Source: an uncultured Thiotrichales bacterium
GTDB lineage: Bacteria; Pseudomonadota; Gammaproteobacteria; CAZUMV01
DNA: 48,046 nt
Direction: 5' to 3'
NCBI GenBank assembly: GCA_938041655.1
Contig: CALISW010000084.1
Coordinates: 1-48,046, forward strand
The notes below the pieces were generated by a model. That model made no database searches and was not told the origin of the DNA. It was given only the letters and a program-made list of their open reading frames with translations. The position numbers were made by a program, and so were the translations under genes. Of this stretch, positions 42,328-48,046 are shown one piece after another (positions within the stretch are counted from its first letter, which is position 1; the number at the start of each line of letters is the position of its first letter).

Positions 42328-43583
42328 GAGCGCTTCATCGAATCAAAGAACTCATCATTGGTTTTAGTACCAGTGAGCTTGTCGAGCAAGAATTCCATTG
42401 AATCTATTTCATCCATCGGGTGTAAGAACTTGCGCAAGATCCAGAGCTTCTGCAGCTCTTCCTCATCCGTTAATAGTTCTTCACGGCGTGTGCCAGAACG
42501 ATTGATGTTGATGGCAGGATAAATTCGCTTCTCGGCAATCTTTCGATCTAGATGAACTTCAGAGTTACCGGTTCCTTTAAATTCTTCGTAGATAACTTCA
42601 TCCATCTTCGAACCGGTTTCGATTAAAGCGGTCGCCAATATCGTCAAACTGCCACCCTCTTCGATGTTACGAGCCGCACCAAAGAAACGCTTGGGACGCT
42701 GTAGTGCATTGGCATCAACACCACCAGTCAAGACCTTACCCGATGATGGCACTACCGTATTGTAAGCTCGTGCTAAACGCGTGATCGAATCCAGCAATAT
42801 GATTACATCATGCTTATGCTCTACGAGACGCTTGGCTTTTTCGATTACCATCTCAGCAACTTGTACGTGTCGAGTTGCTGGTTCATCAAAAGTAGAAGAA
42901 ACAACCTCACCTTTGACCATGCGAGACATCTCGGTTACTTCTTCCGGACGCTCATCTATCAATAATACAATTAAATATGCATCTGGATAATTGGAAGTCA
43001 GACTCTGGGCAATGTTCTGCAGCATGATGGTCTTACCAGCCTTCGGCGGGGCAATTATCAAGCCACGTTGTCCCTTACCAATCGGAGAAACAATATCTAT
43101 AATTCTTGCGGTTATATCTTCAGTACTGCCATTACCGCGTTCCATTCTCATCCGCTCATCTGGATGTAGCGGTGTAAGGTTTTCAAACAATACCTTGCTC
43201 TTGGCATTCTCGGGTTTCTCAAAATTAATTTCAGCAACTTTCAACAAAGCGAAATAACGTTCGCTATCCTTTGGTGGACGAATTTTTCCGGAAACAGTGT
43301 CGCCAGTACGCAAACCAAAACGCCTGATCTGGCTGGGTGATACATAAATATCGTCCGGACCCGCAAGATAGGAACCACCAGCAGAACGCAAAAAACCGAA
43401 CCCATCTTGCAAAATTTCCAGCACACCATCTCCAAATATATCTTCACCACCTTTGGCGTGTGCCTTGAGAATTGCGAAGACCAGGTCCTGCTTTCTTTGG
43501 CGAGCGACGTTGTCCAGCTTCATTTTGTTAGCGAGCTTGACTAGCTCAGACGGAGATTTACTTTTTAGTTCAGTTAAGTTCAT
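42324..43583 (-). CDS. rho: Transcription termination factor Rho
   Basis: [32 protein letters not shown]. Confidence 0.99.
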   Translation of the reverse strand: MNLTELKSKSPSELVKLANKMKLDNVARQRKQDLVFAILKAHAKGGEDIFGDGVLEILQDGFGFLRSAGGSYLAGPDDIYVSPSQIRRFGLRTGDTVSGKIRPPKDSERYFALLKVAEINFEKPENAKSKVLFENLTPLHPDERMRMERGNGSTEDITARIIDIVSPIGKGQRGLIIAPPKAGKTIMLQNIAQSLTSNYPDAYLIVLLIDERPEEVTEMSRMVKGEVVSSTFDEPATRHVQVAEMVIEKAKRLVEHKHDVIILLDSITRLARAYNTVVPSSGKVLTGGVDANALQRPKRFFGAARNIEEGGSLTILATALIETGSKMDEVIYEEFKGTGNSEVHLDRKIAEKRIYPAININRSGTRREELLTDEEELQKLWILRKFLHPMDEIDSMEFLLDKLTGTKTNDEFFDSMKRS

Positions 43584-43762
43584 TTATGGTCTTCAGGATA
43601 GGTTTTGAGAAATTATTTGGTGCCCACAGGGCCAGGGAGATTTAGTTACTTTGGTATTTTTTTATTATCGACGCACCGGGAGGTGCATCGATCAAGATGT
43701 ACAAACTATAGACTGAATATTCTTATGCGTCTACTAATTATTTCGATATTTTTGACTGAAAA

Positions 43763-44089
43763 TCAGAGGTTTTGGTCAAGAAATGCCGCTAATTGAGACT
43801 TGGATACAGCACCCATTTTAGTCGCTTCAACATTACCCTCTTTAAACAGCATCAAAGTTGGAATTCCACGTATTCCATAAGTCTTGGCAATTTCCTGATT
43901 ATCATCAACGTTCACTTTGACGATCTTGAGCTTGCCCTCATAATCCCCGGAAATATCTTCCAGTATTGGGCCTATTAACTTGCAGGGACCACACCATTCC
44001 GCCCAGTAATCTACCAAAACCGGCATTTCCGAGTTAATAACCTGATCATCAAAATCTGCTTCTTTTATATTACTAATATTATCGCTCAT
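43763..44089 (-). CDS. trxA: Thioredoxin
   Basis: WAEWCGPCK, GIPTL; rhlB-trxA-rho synteny. Confidence 0.97.
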   Translation of the reverse strand: MSDNISNIKEADFDDQVINSEMPVLVDYWAEWCGPCKLIGPILEDISGDYEGKLKIVKVNVDDNQEIAKTYGIRGIPTLMLFKEGNVEATKMGAVSKSQLAAFLDQNL

Positions 44090-44215
44090 GAGCTTAAATT
44101 CATCCTCGTTGCTTTGTAACTAATGTGCCGCTTAAAGCATGTAATTTCAAGGCTAATATAGATAAATGCCTCGATTAAACGCGGCTAAGTTCTCATAACT
44201 GCTACACTAGCGCCC

Positions 44216-45361
44216 ATGAGCAAAACATTCCTGACCAAGACCGCTTTTCGCGATCTAAATCTACATTCTGATCTCTACCAGGGACTGGACAAAGCTGGTT
44301 TCAGCAACTGCACCCCGATCCAGGCTGAAACCATTCCCATCGCCTTACAAGGTGATGATGTTGCCGGACAAGCACAAACTGGCACGGGTAAAACCGCCGC
44401 CTTTTTACTGATATCAATGCACCGTCTACTAAATAATACACCTGAGAAAAAGTTAACAAGTCCTCGCTGTATCATCCTCGCTCCGACAAGAGAACTGGCG
44501 ATTCAAATCCATAAAGATGCAATGCAGTTAGGCGGGCATACCAAACTGAAATTTGGCTTGGTTTATGGTGGCGTCGATTACGACAAACAACGAAAAACTT
44601 TACAGAACGGTGTAGACATTCTAATCGGCACACCGGGTCGAATTATTGATTATTTCAAACAAAAGGTATTTCACCTTCGCAACATAGAAGTCATGATTCT
44701 GGACGAAGCTGATCGCATGTTTGATCTGGGTTTCATCAAAGACATTCGTTATTTACTACGTCGTATGCCCAAACCCGAGCAACGCCAAAACATGTTGTTC
44801 TCAGCAACACTTTCATACCGGGTTATGGAACTTGCCTACGAGCATATGAATGACCCAAAGAAGGTCACCATAGAAACCAGAGAAATTACAGCTGATAGTG
44901 TTGAACAACGACTTTATTATCCAGCCAACACTGAAAAAATCCCGCTACTTCTCGAGTTATTTGAAACTTTATCGCCTAGCCGCAGCATAATATTCACCAA
45001 CACCAAACATGCCGCCCGAAAAGTCGCTGACAGATTAAATAAAAAAGAAATAAAAGCAGGACTACTCTCAGGCGATGTACCTCAAAAGAAAAGAGAGAAG
45101 CTACTCAACCGCTTTAAGAATGGCGAATTCAAAGCCATGGTAGCCACCGACGTCGCAGCAAGAGGTATTCACGTTGATGAAGTAAGCCACGTATTTAATT
45201 TTGACTTACCGCAATCGGGCGAAGATTATGTCCATAGAATAGGACGAACCGCCAGAGCCGGCTCAAGTGGAATTGCCATTAGTTTCGCCTGTGAAGACAC
45301 CTCTTTTTATCTTCCAGACATCGAAGACTATATCGGTAGTGCGATACAAGTCGCAGGCTGA
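44216..45361 (+). CDS. rhlB: DEAD-box RNA helicase RhlB
   Basis: [29 protein letters not shown]; divergent from trxA. Confidence 0.92.
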   Translation: MSKTFLTKTAFRDLNLHSDLYQGLDKAGFSNCTPIQAETIPIALQGDDVAGQAQTGTGKTAAFLLISMHRLLNNTPEKKLTSPRCIILAPTRELAIQIHKDAMQLGGHTKLKFGLVYGGVDYDKQRKTLQNGVDILIGTPGRIIDYFKQKVFHLRNIEVMILDEADRMFDLGFIKDIRYLLRRMPKPEQRQNMLFSATLSYRVMELAYEHMNDPKKVTIETREITADSVEQRLYYPANTEKIPLLLELFETLSPSRSIIFTNTKHAARKVADRLNKKEIKAGLLSGDVPQKKREKLLNRFKNGEFKAMVATDVAARGIHVDEVSHVFNFDLPQSGEDYVHRIGRTARAGSSGIAISFACEDTSFYLPDIEDYIGSAIQVAG

Positions 45362-45456
45362 GTAATTAGAGAATTTTTTTCGATAAATTCAGGTTTTCAT
45401 TGCTCGTATCAAACATTATTCTAATCGATAGTAAATAGAGTTATGGAGCTCCAACC

Positions 45457-46992
45457 TTGAGACAAGATCTTCAATCCATTTTTATGGTACTTGTAGCCAC
45501 CATAATGGCGTATTTCTTAATGCGCTTCATGGGTCTGACTCGCAAAGAAAACAAGAGCTGGTATTTTGTTTGGATGTGCATAACGTGTTTAGCTTTTTTG
45601 CTGCACAACTTCTACCTAATTGTTGGCTTTCTTGTTCTGCTAAAACTGTTTTGGGTTAAAAATGATCTGGACAAAAGCATACTTCTATTTTTATTTTTAT
45701 TACCATGCCTTCCTACTGTCCAATCCTATTGGCTTCCTATAGACGCGATACATATTTTATTTACAGACTATAGAGAAGCACTAATACTCATCCTTATTTT
45801 CCCATTGCTTCCCAAGTTGGTTAGACAATCCAGCATTGATAGTCGAAATATTATTTTCTATCTACCATTGCTTTACTTAATAGGATTTGATGTTTTTGCA
45901 ATGCTTGATTCTGAAATCAACTTAACTCAATCTAAAAGAGCAGCTATCATTGAGAACACTTGGACAAATCAAATCAGAGGTTTGGTCACAGTACTTATTT
46001 TTAAATACCTACCGTTTTATGCAGCTGCAGTTTGGTGCACTTCCACCAGAAAGGTAATGAAAGCAATGCATGCCATTGCTTCATCAGGAATTATATTATT
46101 GGTTTTAGCTGTTCCTAGCGCTCTACTCGGCTGGGATATCTATCATGGCTTGAATCTCGGTGGCAACCTACCTGATGCTCCATTATATGAACGCGGATTG
46201 TTCATTCGCATTAAACTAACTTCAGTACATCCAATCATTTTTGGTAAATTAGCGTTTTTAACACTAAGCTGCCTACTTGGTTTGCTGATGATTAAAGGCA
46301 TAAGGATAAAACTTTTTATATTTGCTTTGTTAATAACAGTTCCAGCAATATTTCTGACTGGGTCGCGATCCGCTTATATTGGAACTCTAATTGTAGTGAT
46401 AGGATATTTCTATTTCTCCATGCGACAACAATCTCGCAAGCTTACAGCCTTTGCATCAATTATCTTAGTTGCAATTATCGCGGTACCCTATGCTTTAGAA
46501 ACAGGTTCAGTTGAAGCGACAGATTTTTCTGCAGTAGATTCAGAAGGCACATTTGACTATCGCAAGCGTTTACTACTAGCTGGAATGGCTGTTATACCTG
46601 ACAATCCATTTTTCGGAAATCCTGACTTTATTAATGAGCCTGAATTTTTGGCACTCAGACAGGGTGAAGGAATTATAGACACTCTAAATAAATGGCTAAT
46701 TATGTCCGTCGAATATGGCTTGATTTACACTTTACTTTTTTTGATCTTTTTTATACGCGTCCTAAAATATTCCAAGAAACTCGCAATAAGTGGATGGGAC
46801 AATAATCGCACTACCAATATCAGTCTCGGTGCTGGACTTTCGGCATGTTTAGCCGCTTTTGCTGTTACCGCAGTGTTTGATAATTTTTCAGATTATTTGT
46901 TCTTGTTATATGGACTCTGTTTCGGGATTGGACACTCTCTACAAAAAGATGAAACTCAAAATAATAAACAAACAATAAGCTACTCGTCTTGA
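45457..46992 (+). CDS. O-antigen ligase/polymerase (Wzy_C) family membrane protein
   Basis: Multi-TM; HPIIFG, TGSRS, YRKRLL, PFFG; TTG start with a GGAG RBS. Confidence 0.75.
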   Translation: MRQDLQSIFMVLVATIMAYFLMRFMGLTRKENKSWYFVWMCITCLAFLLHNFYLIVGFLVLLKLFWVKNDLDKSILLFLFLLPCLPTVQSYWLPIDAIHILFTDYREALILILIFPLLPKLVRQSSIDSRNIIFYLPLLYLIGFDVFAMLDSEINLTQSKRAAIIENTWTNQIRGLVTVLIFKYLPFYAAAVWCTSTRKVMKAMHAIASSGIILLVLAVPSALLGWDIYHGLNLGGNLPDAPLYERGLFIRIKLTSVHPIIFGKLAFLTLSCLLGLLMIKGIRIKLFIFALLITVPAIFLTGSRSAYIGTLIVVIGYFYFSMRQQSRKLTAFASIILVAIIAVPYALETGSVEATDFSAVDSEGTFDYRKRLLLAGMAVIPDNPFFGNPDFINEPEFLALRQGEGIIDTLNKWLIMSVEYGLIYTLLFLIFFIRVLKYSKKLAISGWDNNRTTNISLGAGLSACLAAFAVTAVFDNFSDYLFLLYGLCFGIGHSLQKDETQNNKQTISYSS

Positions 46993-47008
46993 ATTAAAAG
47001 GTCGGAAA

Positions 47009-48046
47009 CTACTGGATTTTGGCTTTTAGAAAAGCCAGCCCACGCGACGCATATATTTTATACAAATATATACTCAGCAGCAGAGAAGTGATCAATAAAC
47101 CAAACCATTGAAAATACAACTTATTTTGGAACAGCCTTTCGACACTTAAATACACGATCAAATAAATAATAATAAACCCCGATAATTTAAGTGAATACAT
47201 CCACTTAAGCCCCAAGCGCCTCTTAATTGAAAAATACTCTAAAACGAAGCCTATTATTGAACCAATACCCAAGCCACCCATAAATCCTACCAAGTCAAAA
47301 TAATAGTAACCAAATATACAACTCACTATCCTGAAAAGTGAAGTGATACAGGAGAAACCTGCCGCCAATTTAGGTAATTCGAAAGCAATATATGTTCTAT
47401 TGAGTATGGAATATAACAACATTGACCAACTTACAATAGACATCACCTGAGTTACTATACCTGCACTATGATATGCCTCCGAATAAAGATACGTAAAAAA
47501 TAATGGTGAAGAAGCAAAAACCATTAATGTTCCAGATAAAGCTATTGGCATAAAACCCATCATTGTTTTTTCGATTTCAAAATCCAATTCTTCCCCAATA
47601 ACATTATTCCTAGATAGTCTTGCGACCTGTGGGTATATTATTTTTTCATTCAAGACTAATGCAACACCAAAAATGATCGCTCCTAACATTAGCCCTAAAT
47701 TATAAATTCCAGTAGTAGTTGTATCACTTAAGCGTGCCAATATTAATCGATCAGCATTAACTATTAAAAAGGTAAACAATGTTGACAAAAGGATCCATTT
47801 ACCAACTGAAAATATTTCTGACACATACTTTAGGTTTAGCTTGCTAACCGCAATGCCACTTGGACGATAACTCTGCCCTAAAACTAATACGATCATAACT
47901 GAGATAGATGAAGACATTACTAAAGGCCAAACATTTCTATATTTATAAGCGAGAATAACTACTATTACAGTAGCTAAGAACTGCGATAAAAACTGAATTA
48001 GTACACCTGGTATCACTTTCATATTTCTTTGAAGATTAATAATTCT
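47009..48046 (-). CDS. Polysaccharide flippase (Wzx-like), 5' end outside the window
   Basis: Multi-TM; DRLILARL and GIYNLG motifs. The frame stays open from 48022 to the window end (RIINLQRN-MKV). Confidence 0.8.
   Translation of the reverse strand, partial: RIINLQRNMKVIPGVLIQFLSQFLATVIVVILAYKYRNVWPLVMSSSISVMIVLVLGQSYRPSGIAVSKLNLKYVSEIFSVGKWILLSTLFTFLIVNADRLILARLSDTTTTGIYNLGLMLGAIIFGVALVLNEKIIYPQVARLSRNNVIGEELDFEIEKTMMGFMPIALSGTLMVFASSPLFFTYLYSEAYHSAGIVTQVMSIVSWSMLLYSILNRTYIAFELPKLAAGFSCITSLFRIVSCIFGYYYFDLVGFMGGLGIGSIIGFVLEYFSIKRRLGLKWMYSLKLSGFIIIYLIVYLSVERLFQNKLYFQWFGLLITSLLLSIYLYKIYASRGLAFLKAKIQ

Overview
Chromosomal segment of a gammaproteobacterium, judged from protein families and gene order. 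The backbone is housekeeping: ilvE, groESL-fxsA, dsbD-tlpA-accBC-prmA-DUF3426-dusB-fis-purH...purD, rho-trxA-rhlB. LPS/polysaccharide genes lie at both ends. Several accessory blocks sit in this backbone. (1) The most interesting is a co-oriented minus-strand module (6728-11967, possibly extending to 14851). It holds a small tandem-repeat hypothetical protein, a soluble HEAT-repeat/Hanks-type Ser/Thr kinase fusion and two overlapping orphan PilT-family ATPases. One ATPase has a His-box substitution and a Thr-rich tail. A membrane PAS-PAS-GGDEF-EAL gene lies upstream. (2) A Leptospira-type citramalate synthase (cimA) with leuC, leuD and an inverted leuB. (3) A sigma54/PspF phage-shock operon with two extra uncharacterised genes. 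(4) A wecG-manC-manB block splitting purH from purD. A perfect CIRCE operator precedes groESL. I saw no rRNA, tRNA, CRISPR array, integrase or transposase. All family calls come from motif recognition by eye; no searches were run.
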